Assembly: GCF_006345805.1 (NCBI RefSeq)
Contig: NW_021836172.1
Coordinates: 6,197-70,196, forward strand
DNA length: 64,000 bases
Origin: Octopus sinensis
Lineage: Eukaryota
Reading direction: 5' to 3'
A program made the position numbers and the translations under genes. Positions 1-39,604 of this stretch are shown here, one piece after another. The notes below the pieces were generated by a model. It searched no databases, had not been told where the DNA came from, and saw nothing but the letters and a program-made list of their open reading frames with translations. Positions within the stretch are counted from its first letter, which is position 1; the number at the start of each line of letters is the position of its first letter.

Positions 1-665
1 ATTCTTTCGCCGCTAAATTGTAATCACAGGGAATACTCATGTCAATTAATAAACACATCCTTTTTGTCTGATCTTTTATAATGATATCCGGTTTATTGGC
101 TTTTATAGTCCTATCGGTCTACACGGGGAAGTCCCATAGAATCGACACATTTTCTCCCTCAGTCACAGCTTCAGGATGATGTTTATACCATTTGTCAGCG
201 GTTTTGATTTTATAATGCCGACATATTGTCCAGTGTAAATACTGGCCGACTCTGTCATGTCTTGCTTTATATTCTGCTGGTGCTAAGATTCTACACCCTG
301 AGATTAGGTGGTCTATTGTTTCAATTTCATCGTTACAGAATCGGCATTTTAGGTCAGCTCCATTTTTCATCACATTGGCTTGTTAGTTCCGGGTAAATAA
401 GCTTTGGTCTTGAGCTGCTAATATGAAAACCTTCACTCCCTGCTTTTAGCCCTGAACTTCGTAACCATTGGTGCGTGTGTTTCTGGTCGACATCAGCTTG
501 TTTGCTACGGGCCACATACTAGCCATGGAGATGTGTCTGTTCCCATCTGCTAGCTAAATTTTCATGTGCTTTTGTCTTTGCAATTAATTTTATTTTCTTT
601 GCAGCAGCTGTTGGCGCATTTCCTTCAGCCTGCTCAATCTGGCGGGTATCTAAGAGATCAACAGC
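1..665 (-). mobile_element. R4/Dong-like RLE non-LTR retrotransposon fragment
   Basis: CRFC..ETIDHLISGC zinc knuckle, RHD and LWDFPV..RPDI; contains stops; abuts (TAA)n. Confidence 0.85.
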
Positions 666-709
666 GAATTTATTATTATTATTATTGTTGTTATTATTAT
701 TATTATTGT

Positions 710-1685
710 CATTTACTTTTAATCTGCATGTTTGATACAATCACCTGCCGGGGCACACCCAGCGCCCTAGGGCAAGTGAAGGTTAAGAGTTGTTGAAATA
801 TAGCTGAAAGCTTGGGGAGGGGAAGTAGAGAAATATCTTCATGTAATGCAAACACAAACATTTACGTTGATAGGGTTTTTCTAAGGATGTGGGCAGTACT
901 TGTTAGCACAATCTTTTGGATTTCCTTGAGACATGATTTTCCAGGGATATTGTCTAGGTGTTTCTGACATCCCTTTTTTATCATACCTAGGGCACCTACA
1001 ATAACAGGAACAGTTTTTGTTTTAAGATTCCACATCCTCTGTATTTCGATTTCCAGGTCCTTATATTTACTAAGTTTGTCAAATTCCTTTACAGATACAT
1101 TTTTATCAGTGGGGACGCTTACTTCTATTAGTCTGCAGGTATTTTCTTCCCTGTCTTTAACAATTATGTCTGGTCGATTAGCCTTGATCGTTCTGTCAGT
1201 GTTGACTGGAAAATCCCAGAGGATGGTGACATCTTTACCTTCAACAACTGGCTGAGGATGGTGTTCATACCAGTTAGCAGGAGTGTCGGATTTGTAGTGT
1301 TTACATATCTTCCAATGTATATACTGTCCTACCCTATCGTGGCCAATCTTGTATTCGTTTGATGTCAGCACAGGACATCCAGAAACGAGATGGTCTATCG
1401 TTTCGTCAAATGTGTCGCAGAATCTGCATTTAGGGTCAGTACCGTTTCGGAGAACGTTAGCCTGGTAATTTCTGGTAAACAAGCTTTGATCTTGTTCTGC
1501 CATTATGAAGCCTTCAGTCTCTGCTTTCAATCCAGAGCTCTTCAGCCACTGATGGGTTGTTGCTTGGTCTACATCAGCATTTTGGCTTCGGAGAATATAT
1601 TGTCCATGCAGGGGCTTCTGGCTCCACCGCCTCTCAATTTGATTCTGCCCGTTCTTTTTTGCAGTCTGTTTGATTCGCTTTGCTT
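710..1685 (-). mobile_element. R4/Dong-like RLE non-LTR retrotransposon 3' fragment (zinc knuckle, restriction-like endonuclease, 3'UTR)
   Basis: ORF 862-1530 has CCHC, RPD..IEVSVP..KYKDL and a GALG motif; flanked on both sides by (TAA)n. Confidence 0.9.
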
Positions 1686-1687
1686 GC

Positions 1688-1738
<51 letters not shown>

Positions 1739-1860
1739 GATTATTATTATTAATATTACTATTATTATTAATATTACTATTATTATTGTTATTATTATTA
1801 TTATTATTACTAATATTATTATTATTATTATTAATATTATTATTATTATTATTATTATTA

Positions 1861-1892
<32 letters not shown>

Positions 1893-1915
1893 TATTATTA
1901 TTTTTATTATTATCA
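1688..1915. repeat. (TAT)n microsatellite
   Basis: Direct observation. Confidence 0.95.
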
Positions 1916-2318
1916 TTAGTTTATTTAAATTCTTTCGTCTCACATACTATGATCTCCTCAGAGACTTTCTGCTCCATCTATTTCTTCTTATCTCGCTTAT
2001 TCCGTATTAAAAATTACATTGAAAGTGTACTTATCTACTGTTTGTCAAGTGGATTGTTTATCAAATAATTCATACTCGGAACAATTGTATATTTTTCCCT
2101 GGTTAAAACGGAATTTCCCACTTGGTGTGGCTCCTTGATTTAGTAATTGCTTGCAAGTGCTATGATACTTCTGAAGCTTACTTTCAACGACGCAAGTTGA
2201 TGGTTGCATGAAAAATTAGGGTAAGGAGTAGACGGAGTGGGTAGCGCAGGTCGGTGGCGGGTGTTGAACTCCTTATCGGGGAGAGGAGGAAGAAAGACGA
2301 ATGAATACACACACATAC

Positions 2319-2393
<75 letters not shown>

Positions 2394-2603
2394 TTTAAGC
2401 GGGGACAACCAGATCGAACCATCTCCAGTGTAACTGCCCGAGATGGTCGTGACTTGTGGGACTTGACTGAGGAAAGAAAGCCACGAATTGTTCGTCCTTT
2501 TTTTTGCCTGTCCTCATCGTTATTTCTCCTGTCCGCCTTTGTATCGTCTATCTGTCCGAATCTTTTATTGTCCTCTATTGCGTTTTTGTTCCATATATAT
2601 ATG

Positions 2604-2667
<64 letters not shown>

Positions 2668-3049
2668 TATCAATTTATCTATAGACCGTTCTATCTGTTT
2701 ACCTATCTAATTATTTTTCTGATTATCTCTCTCTGTTTCTCTCTTTCTTTCTTTCTTTGTCTCTCTCTCTCTCTCTCTTTCTTTCTTTTATCTTTCACTC
2801 TCTCTGTTCCACACTTTCTTCTTCTCTCTCTTCTTCTCTCCTTCTGTCTTTCTCTATATCTCTCTCTCTCTCTCTTCGTGCTGCTATTTTCGGTGTGCTG
2901 GTGCTGCTTGTAGGACCTTTAATTTTTAATTAATGATTCTTTACCTTATAGGATTTTTTTACGCATGATTGCAACCTGATAATTATTGTAAGCATTAATA
3001 TCCTCATAGTCGGTGGGCCAGATCCAGAAATGTGCACTTTGGTTGCCCC

Positions 3050-3732
3050 ACCCCGCCCCTGTAACTTTAGTTGATGGTACCACATTGTTCCTGGTTCTAT
3101 GGGGATGACATTTTCACTTGTTGTCATTCGCACAACCTGTCAGGTAATTAGAAAAACAACTTTTTATAAGTAAAGGTGAGTCTCGAGGCTATAAAATGTG
3201 GAAATATGTGATACACAGGTAACCATTGGAAATATTTGTCTATTAACTCCTTAGATGTCACTGATATGAAGGAAATATACCTCTTTACCATACCCATAGT
3301 GAAAGTTTCATCTCCCATTGCCCAAAATAGGAAAATCTCACCAATTTGTCTGAAAAAACGCCCGTTTTTTTATGTTTCTTCACAGAATATTGACTATCAT
3401 TCCATTTTCTTTTGCAATTAATTTAATATTCATTAAGTTAAACTTAATAGTTCTATTTACTGTGTTTTTCTACTATTCCATATGAAATTTGAGTCAGCTA
3501 TCTTCAATAATAATGATATTATAGGAAATTTCCTACCCCATCCTCTATAAGGCTAAAATGGATGATTTCGATAAAAATCTCGATAATGAAGGGTGTCTTA
3601 ACATTTTTCTTTAGCTTTTGGGGCTTGTTTTATGTATTTCAATGAGAGGAAGCCAAACAAGTGAAAATGTCATCACATAAACCCAGGAATAACGTGTTTG
3701 CAATAAACTAAATTTGCAGTGGGGAGGGGACC
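3050..3732. mobile_element. Non-autonomous DNA element with ~75-bp imperfect terminal inverted repeats
   Basis: gatgacattttcacttgtt (about 3104-3122) is the reverse complement of aacaagtgaaaatgtcatc (3656-3674); similarity extends outward. Confidence 0.6.
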
Positions 3733-3789
3733 ATCTCAATGAATAAGACCCTTATTTATTTGGCCCTCTGTCTATATGTGCACAATTGG

Positions 3790-4472
3790 TTACTGCCTTT
3801 TTATCGAAGCGTCACCTACTGAGCTGTCTTCTGTGTACACTCTTCTTAAGAGGTCTGTTGAAATGGGACAATTCAGGAAGAAGTCATAATCGTAACGGAC
3901 CTTGCTGTGTATGCAAAAGCTCAAGAAATTGTATGGAAAAAGCCAGAAGAGTTCTCCCGTGTCATCCTCAGATTGGGGGCCTTTCACACCATGATGATGT
4001 TCCTTGCAATCCTGGAAAGAGGTTCGGTGAGGCAGGACTGTCGGATATGTTAATCGAAACTGATATCGTTGATCCTGGTTCAATTCCTGCAGTGCTTGAG
4101 GGTCGGCAATAGAATCGCACCATACGAGCACACAAAGTTGTCATGGAAGCTATGCAGCGTCTGAGAATCAAAGCCTTCTATAAATGGACACAGAAGAACC
4201 ATGCTCATTTACTCCAACCCGCTTGGGCAGCAATGGATAATGTCAGCAGTGAGATCACTTCAGAAAACTTCAATAACATGTTGTTGGCACCAGAGTTCAC
4301 AGATCTCTTGGAATTATTTGATGAGTTCTGCAAGTTGGACCAAGGTAAACTGGCAGCCTTTTGGGACTCTTACATTGACCTGGTCTGCCTACAGCTTCGA
4401 TTCACACGTGCTACTAGAAAGGGAAACTGGGTCTTGCATCTTGCTTCTGTACGTGAGATGCTACCTTGGCTA
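3790..4472 (+). mobile_element. Academ-like DNA transposase remnant
   Basis: Frameshifted reading DLAVYAKAQEIVW..VILRLGAFHTMM..GKRFGEAGL..GS...VLEGRQ*NR..RAHK..R.GNW.LHL..VREMLPW; superfamily assigned from motif memory. Confidence 0.65.
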
Positions 4473-5720
4473 CTGGCGTCACAGCTCAGTATGAAAGGCT
4501 TGCTTAGGTCCGGGTACGGCAACACCGGAGAACTCACTAGCGCCTGTTTGTGTCCGTCAAAAGCGCCTTGTGTCACGGCAGTCCACTCAAACTTTTGGAT
4601 CTTCCCCAGTAGCTTGTGCAACGATGCAGCCTTTGTTGCAAAGCGCCTGTAATAGGTGCACAGTCCGAGGAAACTCTTCAACTCCTTTACACAAGTAAGG
4701 ACCGGCCAATCCTTGACGGCGGCCACATTCCCTGGGTCAGTACGGACACCGTCTTCGGCCACAATATGTCCCAGGTATCTTACTTCTGGAACAGACAGCA
4801 CTTCTTCGGTTTCAACTTGAGGTTTTCAGTTCGAAACCTCTCAAATACCCCCGATAACATCTCCAGTTCTTGATCAAGGGTTTGACCAAACACTACGACG
4901 TCAAGATAGATAAGGGTGGCCTGCCATTGCAGGCCCTCCAGTGCCCGGTCTAAAAGACGCTCGAAAGTTGCAGGGGCGTTACACAAGCCGAATGGCATCA
5001 CATTGAGCTGCCACAACCCCGTCCGTACGAAAATGCAGTCTTTTCCCTATATCTTACGGCAACCTTGATTTGATTGTATCCGGCTTTTATATCCAGTATA
5101 GAGAACCACCGAGTCCCCACCAAAGCATCAAACGTTTCGTCAATTCTCGGCAGAGGATGCGCATCCTTAACTGTCACTTCATTGAGCGCTCTGTAATCCA
5201 CGCAGCATCTCACTGTGCCGTCTTTCTTCCGCACTAAAACAATGGCTGATGACCAGGGACTGTTCGACATTTCCACTACTCCCTGTCGTCGATATTCCTC
5301 CATCACTTCCTCCATTTCCTGTCACTGAACTGGGGCCATCCTCCGAGCTGGCTGCTTGATTGTGTGGTGGCCGCCTGTGTCGATATCGTGCTCCACCAGG
5401 TCCGTGCAACCGAAGTCTAGATCTCCTGCAGAGAACACATCAACGTACCTCGCTAATAGCTTCCTCAGCCGCAACACCTGAGCGCCATCTAAGCACTGGC
5501 GACTCCGTGCGAACAGATCTTGTAAATGCACAGCCAGACCACCACCTCCTTCAACTACGCTCCTGCAGTTACGCAACTGACCCTGCCACTGTCCACTGCC
5601 TGGCACAGTCCCACCATTTGTCCTTTACAAATCTTCTGTGCCACTCTCCAGAAATTGGCTACCACAACCAGCACTTCATCAGCTCCTGCCCCTTCCAGGG
5701 TTCTTCCGATCGTCACTCCA
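4472..5720 (-). mobile_element. Ty3/Gypsy pol remnant (RT and start of RNase H)
   Basis: SPWSSAIVLVRKKDG..VDYRALN, MPFGLCNAPATF, YLD, YLGH, FLGL..YYRRF and PFIL.CDAS; frameshifted. Confidence 0.92.
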
Positions 5721-6260
5721 GCTAAGTTATTCTATCGGTCACCTTTGGCGAACCACAATGTTATTTTATCAATCTCCTGTGGCGAATCTCTAGGTTATTT
5801 TATCGAAATCCTTTGGCGAACCGCTAAGTTATTGTATCGATCTGGTTTGGCGAACCGCTAAGGTATTTGATCGATCGCGTTTGGCGAACTCCTAAGTTAT
5901 TTTATCAATCTCATTTGGCGAACCGTTAAGTTATTGTATCGGTTTCGTTTGGCGAACCGCTAAGTTGTTTTTATTGGTCTCCTTTGGCGAACCGTTAAGT
6001 TATTTTATCGATTTCGTTTGCCGAACCGCTAAGTTACATTATCGATCACCTTTGACGAATCGTTATGTCATTCTATTGATCTCATTTGGCGAACCGCTAA
6101 GGTATTTTATCGATCGCATTTGGTGAACCCCTAATTTATTTTATCGATCTCCTTTAGCGACCCGCTAAGTTATTTTATTGATCACGTTTGGCGAACCGCT
6201 AAGTTACTTTATCGATCTGCTTTGGCGAACTGCTAAGTTATTGTATCGATCTCTAAGTTA
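5721..6260. repeat. 34-bp minisatellite, about 16 diverged copies (tggcgaaccgctaagttattttatcgatc..)
   Basis: tggcg recurs at 5746, 5780, 5814 and onward. Confidence 0.92.
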
Positions 6261-6312
6261 TGGATCTCAGCCATACACCAACATGTCTTGGAATATTTAC
6301 ACTCGCGAAGGG

Positions 6313-6520
6313 GCGAGATGGCAGAAACGTTAGCCCGCCGGGCGAAATGCTTACCGGTATTTCGTCTGTCTTTACATTCTGCGTTCAAATTCCGCCGAGG
6401 TCAACTTTGCCTTTCATCCTTTTGGGGTTCGATAAATTAAGTAACAGCTGTGTACTGGGCTCGATCTAATCGACTGGTCTCCTCCCCCAAAATTCGGGCC
6501 TTGTGCCTAGTGTAGAAAAG
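6313..6520 (+). mobile_element. tRNA-derived SINE family A. Other copies near 11742-12300(-), 34155-34352(-), 35295-35510(-), 39060-39295(-), 48240-48375(+), 50115-50320(+), 63033-63230(+)
   Basis: Shared core gttcaaattccgccgaggtc.actttgcctttcatcc.ttcggggtcgataaa.taagtac with a B-box-like gttcaaat. Confidence 0.85.
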
Positions 6521-6825
6521 AAATATATACACGTCCATCCAGCTGAATATTTCCATCATTTAGGTTTTCAAGAAGATTTTGTGGAATATTGAAAATAAGT
6601 GACGCAATTACTGCTTCTTTAAACGATATTTGAAGTTAAACTGAAGCATTACACTATTTCATTTCAAAAACACAAAGAGGTAATAGCAAACCAGATTTAA
6701 TCCTTTATTGAGAAAATTGAAAGATTTCAATGGTAAAAGAAAATTAAAAGTAAGAAAGAAAATTTTCGGTTTTTCTATGTTCCAACAAACAGTCAGGCAC
6801 TGAAACCTGTTGAAATTGCATTATT

Positions 6826-7150
6826 GTGGTTAGAGCGTCGAGCTTACGATCGTGAGGTTGTGAACTCGAATCCCAGACCGGGCTGCGTGTTGTGTTCTTG
6901 AGCAAGGCACTTTATTTCACGTTGCTCCAGTTCACTCAACTGTAGAAATGAGTTGCAACGCCACAGGTGCCAAGCTGTATCGGCCCCTTTGCCTTTCCCT
7001 TGGATAACACTGGTGACGTAGAGAGGGGAGGCCGGTATGCATGGGCGACTGCTGGTCTCCCATAAACAACCTTGCCCAGACTTGTGCCTGGGAGTGTAAC
7101 TTTCTAGGTGCAATCCCATGGTCTGTGTCGTGACCGAAGGGGGTCTCAGG
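6826..7150 (+). mobile_element. tRNA-derived SINE family B; another copy at 32010-32350(-)
   Basis: tggttagagc A box, tcgaatccc B box and gttcttgagcaaggcact body; the reverse-strand copy is clear. Confidence 0.85.
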
Positions 7151-7700
7151 TATTGTGGATTAGAGTCTCTCGGTTGCATAAGGTTGTATGAAAAGGTAGA
7201 AAGAATTGTTCTATACAAGAAATATATTTAATGTTAATAAGTGAAAATAGGATTTTATTATGCAAAATATGATGAAAGACGATTCTTGGAGGGATTCTTT
7301 ATTTCTTGGAGACATTCTATATATCGATTCTCAATTAGAATTTGGTTTCTGCTGTTCTATCTCATTACCAGAACTTCTACCTGGAAGCGTAAATGAGAAA
7401 ACGATATAAAATATATCTATACATATATACATACATGTATAGATATACAAACATATACATATAACATTCCAATATTACATCTTGTAATCGAAAAATGAAG
7501 TATCCAATACTTAGTATAATGTTTATATTTAGTTCCTTTCCCCCCGGACTCTACTTCCATACAACTGTAATCCTTTGATGACCTCGGCTTCTTAGAGCCA
7601 CGCTCTTGCTTGATGGGACTGGAGTCATTGCAAATTAGTAGTCCCTGAGGCGTAGAGCCGACCAGGTCAACCAGTGATTCACATTGCAGGCGACAAGATG

Positions 7701-7875
7701 GCAGCCTCTCTGCATCCTGGTCCCATGCTAGCATCTCTGTATCTTGGTCCCATGCCAACCTCTCTGCATCTTTGTCCTGCGCCAACATCTCTGCATCCTG
7801 ATCCTATGCCAGCCTCTCTGCATCTTGGTCCCATACCAACCTCTCTGAATCCTGGTCCCAACTCAGCCCCTCTAC
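7701..7875. repeat. 27-bp minisatellite, about 6.5 copies (ccagcctctctgcatcttggtcccatg)
   Basis: Direct periodicity at 7701, 7728, 7755 and onward. Confidence 0.9.
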
Positions 7876-9546
7876 TCATTTCTAAATTTTTCTCCTTGGT
7901 ATGCAGTTTCCGGACATAACAGCTTATGATTTTACAAGCCATGAGCATATAAGTCGTTGGACTGACTAGCTGTCCCACCTTCGAACCAGGCGGGTAGGTG
8001 GTGTTGATAAGTCCGTAAAATGGCGAAACATCGATTTCTATCAATCCTAAATGGGATTGAAGGTAAGTTATCTCGCCTGTCCACGGCTCTAAGGTATTTT
8101 AACACCGGTGACATGAGAGTTATATACTCCGCTACGCCATTGCAGCCACCGGAAAATGCACAAAGCATAAACACTAATATATGTATTTAACAATATTTAT
8201 TGTACTAGAACTTATTATTTATTAGTTGAGGCTATGTAATTGTAATAAAGGAAAAATTATTAAGCCTTCATTGTCTCTAAAACTCTTATAAATTCCAATT
8301 TTAACTTATTTTTATCAAAATATCGTTCTTAAATTTCTTTTATGAGATAAGGTTTCATCTTCAAGATTTAATCACAAAAGTGACATCTTAGAATGCTGGA
8401 TGGAGTTTTTAACGTCGCTGTTTTTATTTCTGGAAAGAGTACAGCTGCAAATATTTGCAGCTACACTTTCTACAGAAAGTTTAATCAGGCATTAACCAAA
8501 CCATATTGATTCCAGTATCCTTCCATATTTGTTGAGTTCTGTTGAAGAAATCCAAAGCGGATTAGAATTTGTGATAATAATCAGCTTTTGATTCCAAAAG
8601 CGATTGTAATTCCTTACACCATTTCTACCAAATATATACAAGCATTATCTTCTTTCCATTCAAGTATTTCCTCCGAATTTCTTACTTCATAACTTTCAGG
8701 AAAGTAGGTTTTTTTTTTAGTAAATTTCTCTTCAGATAACTTTCAGATGATGTAAACTATATTGGAATTTGGTTTTCATCCTAAATTCATGTTTTGATGA
8801 TGTAGAATACAATTAAGTTTGGAAAATTACTTTTTAGGCCTATTCCACTTTTTTCTTCTGGGATTTGTTAAATGTATTTTTTTCATAAAATGCATTTTTT
8901 CATAGATATTGGCAGTTTTTGAAATAAAACAAATAATCAGCTTTGAATTTGTTGATATGGCTATATGGAATCCTATGATTCTTGCTATTTCTAGCATACT
9001 AAATGAGGATGGGCTCCCTTTCTGTTTGTTTAAAAAGGGAGCCATAAATTTAAGTCAACATAACAGCCGATTTCTTCATGTCTTTGAATGTTTTGTATTA
9101 TTCCGAATTTGTTTACCGAGCGCGTAAATACGATGAAACGAATAAAAGGTAGAAATGAAAATTAGTCGTAACATACCAGAAAGTTTACACAAATCGGGAA
9201 CCAAATGTGGGAACATAACTTAGCGACTGCAATTAGTAGTATTAATAGCAGAGGCAGAAACACTAGTTTCAGCATTATATTGTTCTATGCTTTTTCTGAA
9301 TTATCAAACTATAAACTAATTCTACTTAAATACACAAAGTAGATTATCCTACCTCCTTTTCTTTTTTCGTGTCATGATAGCGGTGGTCACTTACAAAATC
9401 CTACACTAAAGTATCTGTCCAGTTTATATTCTGGAATTCTTTCCTCACCCATGTGTTTGCTGCAAACATCAACCACATCGAACTTACCAGCCTCTCTATT
9501 TGTATCTAAACAGTTCATAAAAGAAAATCGAAATTGAAATGCTTAC

Positions 9547-35928
<26,382 letters not shown>

Positions 35929-35962
35929 CTGGAAAAGAAGCAAAACATGTATATGATAAAAG

Positions 35963-35996
<34 letters not shown>

Positions 35997-37859
35997 CAGC
36001 AGCAGCAGCAACAGTAGTAGTAGTAGTAATAGTAGTGGTGGTGGTGGTAGTAGTAATAGTAGTAGTGGTAGTAGTATCAGCAGCAGCAGCAGTAGTAGTA
36101 GTAGTAGTAGTAGTATAGTAGTAGTAGTAGTAGCAGCAGCAGCAACAAAAGCAGTAGTAGTAGTAGTAGTTGCTGTTGTAAATAAATAGTTTGGACGTAC
36201 TGGCTGAGTTGAGGGCAATGATTCATGAATCGTTATCAGTATATCTGGGGAGACATACTCTTGTGCTAACAGGAATCTGATCATTTTGTTAGAACAGACA
36301 TTTTCTAATTATTAAATAGTCTCCTTGAGGCAAGCCAAGCGTGACCTCAACATTGAACTATTAATCAATTCCCTCGAAAATGCCTCACCATCAACCTTCC
36401 ATGATATTTCAAAAAGAAAGATTTACTTCCTTAGTGAGATAAGTACAAAGCATGGACATGTAAGGCAGTGACATAGAGGCAGTCCTTAAAAAAGAAGGGT
36501 TCTGATTAAAGAAGGATGAGCCGACAAGGTGTGGGGTGCTATTTCGTGTCGGAAATAAACTATACATCATCAAGGGTCCTCTTGAATACTTGGTATGACA
36601 GGTTGTCGCAAATAGTTCGAGAACCAGGGACCAGTCACAGAACCATAATAAAAGAATGGTCCACTTAATCCATTTCACGACATGACACACCATTCTGTAA
36701 CTCCTCTAAATCCCGGCCAATGCTCCGAGCTTTGGACTGAATCAGGATTTATAGAAGCAGTGAAAACATGTGTCAGCCGGAAGTCGCCCCTCGTCCTCTA
36801 AGTGTTAGTGAACGTAGTTGACCGCTGAGGTAAAGTTGGGAATAGCGCATACCGATACGCATATTCATATGAACATTTAATGTGGTTTTAGAGTCAAGTT
36901 TTGGCTGCTATTTCCAGCGTGGTAACAGGTTTTCCATGATTTACAGAGTTTTCGTAAAATGTGTACAACAAAGCGTCTGTTACACCTCTGTCGATTTGTG
37001 AATTTCTCCACGTCTATTATTTTAAAAATTCCTCCGCGTGAAAAAAACAAAACTTTTTGTTTTCATCGTCATCCGCGTGAATCGTTTATATCTTCGTCGC
37101 CTCTCTTTTAAATTTTTATCCTCCTCTGCACTTTTACGACGCGATTTTATGTGTGTCGTATTTTTTGTCCACTTTGTTATGTTGTTAATGGCACTGTTAT
37201 TATTTACATTATTTACATTTGACGGATATTTGTCCTTATCTTGTTTCGGTTGATAAACCTTTCAGACTTCATGAGGTGCTTTGCGGAAATTTTGAACCTG
37301 GCTTCTCATTCCTAAGGTATTTTTCAATGCCTGGAATCGAACTCAGAATGTTGGCGTTAGTAGCCCGCGCTCTTAACCACTACACCATATGCCCGTGGCA
37401 GAATCATAGTGGCACTGTCATGTTCTTATCGCTACTTTTATATTGTGGCGGTTTCCGCCTCATCTATCTTTGACTTGTCTATTGTGCTATGGTCGATAGC
37501 TCCGCAAGACAATGACTTGTAACGTCTACCTTGACGGTGACTCGAACTCCTATATATCAGTTAACTGACACTGACTCCAACTCGTACAATGACTCTTCTA
37601 CTACCGAAAACGACAGTCACACGACTGTCTTTATAGTGTTTGCGTCATACCACTTGTCAAGTGGGAAGATGCGTACCATTTTAATTACATCCTCCCCACA
37701 CATATATATTGATTAATATATACACCATGGCGCAGTGTAGTATCACAATATAAAAAGAGTTAGTCATCACTAAATCACTAAGAGCGAATACGAGTGACGA
37801 AATCACCTACATTGCTAGAAAAAAAGTTAAGAAACTCGTAATGTTGTAAAGAAAGTGCA

Positions 37860-37925
<66 letters not shown>

Positions 37926-38026
37926 CCGGAGTAAACACATAAATGTGAAACAAGGTGGAAAAAAGAGTACTCAAATACCAGTGGTAGAGAAATATGCTTT
38001 ATTTTATTTCTGCTGCTTAAAATAAA

Positions 38027-38083
<57 letters not shown>

Positions 38084-38112
38084 CAAAATAAGCAGCAGGA
38101 TATCCAGATGTG

Positions 38113-38200
38113 ATGCATTACGACCGTTTCAAGTGGCTTCATTTAATTGAACAATGCAATCATTACATCAATTTAAATGCAGAGCTATCCTCAGCTGCAT
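38113..38200 (-). ncRNA. Degenerate hammerhead ribozyme in a TA-adjacent repeat
   Basis: atgcag CTGAGGA tagctc..cactt GAAA cggtcg TA atgcat; the first stem I pair is mismatched. Confidence 0.6.
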
Positions 38201-39604
38201 AAATAAATAAATAGAAATTTTTAATCAGTCGGACACATTTGTATAATTTTACTTAAATCCTCTAATAGGGCAAGAAGACAGACAAAATCCATGCTGTTTT
38301 CACTTCAGCTCAAAAGTTTCTAAGGCATCAGGAAAAAAATTTTGTTTGGGTCGTAGCTTGTCACTGATTTCGATTATGTTTTAATTTATTAGTCTTGTTT
38401 ATCGAAGATTAGAGAATAGTGTATGTTAGGAATGGGTATGAGGGAGTTAACAGAATCATAGTGCGTAGAGTCATAAAACTTGTCATGATTATTTTGAAGT
38501 AACTGGCTATAATGAGGTTGGGTAGTGGAAGACCTCAAATCAAGATGTTAATTGCCAGTTAAAGGGGCAAGACGCTAATAAAACCAATGATAATAATACA
38601 GAGGAAATTTTATCATGAGGTACGATAGGTGATTGGCTTAAACAATATTGTTATGATGTATAAAGATAAAATTTTTTAACCACAAAGATAAATTTCGAAT
38701 AATTTTGAATATATACCACAATTTTCAAGAAAAGAGAGAGAAATTTTTTTACATAGAATTAGTTTAATATTCATTCATATACTTGATTTTTTTTTACTTA
38801 TTAGGTAGTATGTATAAAGACTAATCACTGGCATTTACTAAAGGATTACTGGGGCAATAGAACATGCTAACTATATATTAATTATAATCTAAGAGGTATA
38901 GCTACCGGTGCTATTATATACAAGCTAATATAAATTTCTAGGGGTACAAAATTCAGGAGGTTTACTTACATAAAGGCTATAATAAAAATAATATGATCAG
39001 TAGAACACCATAGAAAGGAATAAATAGTTTAATCATTAAAACCATGATAAAGTTTGTATACCTATTTCTTTACTACCCACAAGGGGCTAAACACAGAGAG
39101 GACAAACAAGGACAGACAAACGGATTAAGTCGATTATTTCGACAACAGTGCATAACTAGTACTTATTTAATCGACCCCGAAAGGATGAAAGGCAAAGACG
39201 ACCTCGGCGGAATTTGAACTCAGAACGTAACGGCAGACGAAATACTGCTACGCATTTCGCCCGGCGTGCTAACGTTTCTGCCAGCTCGCCGCCCTAAGAA
39301 TGATAAAATATGTATACCATATTATCAACAATAGAAAGAGAAGATTCTATAGAATTCGTTTAATAATACTAACATTATACTTTATTATTTACTTATTAGG
39401 TGGTATCTATAAAGACTGATCACTGGTATTTTCTAAAGGAATATTGGGGCGATAGAACATGCTAATTCTATATTAATTATAAGCTAAGAGGTGTAAAATA
39501 AATTGTAAAGCTGGCAGTGCTAATACATACATGGTAATATAGTTTGCTGGGAGTAGATAAATAGGAGGACTACTTACATAAAGGCCTTTATAAAAATAAT
39601 AATA

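Noticed and set aside
6826-6895. tRNA gene (also 14717, 37320 and 60513)
   Set aside because: tRNA-like heads continue into repeated SINE bodies and lack a full cloverleaf.
9487-9505. Micro-exon with a strong gtaagt donor after TM1
   Set aside because: The upstream intron would be only about 40 nt, and the phase-2 join reads a stop.
36199-36242. Possible aGPCR exon just upstream of HRM
   Set aside because: The only open frame ends in phase 0, but the HRM exon needs phase 1.
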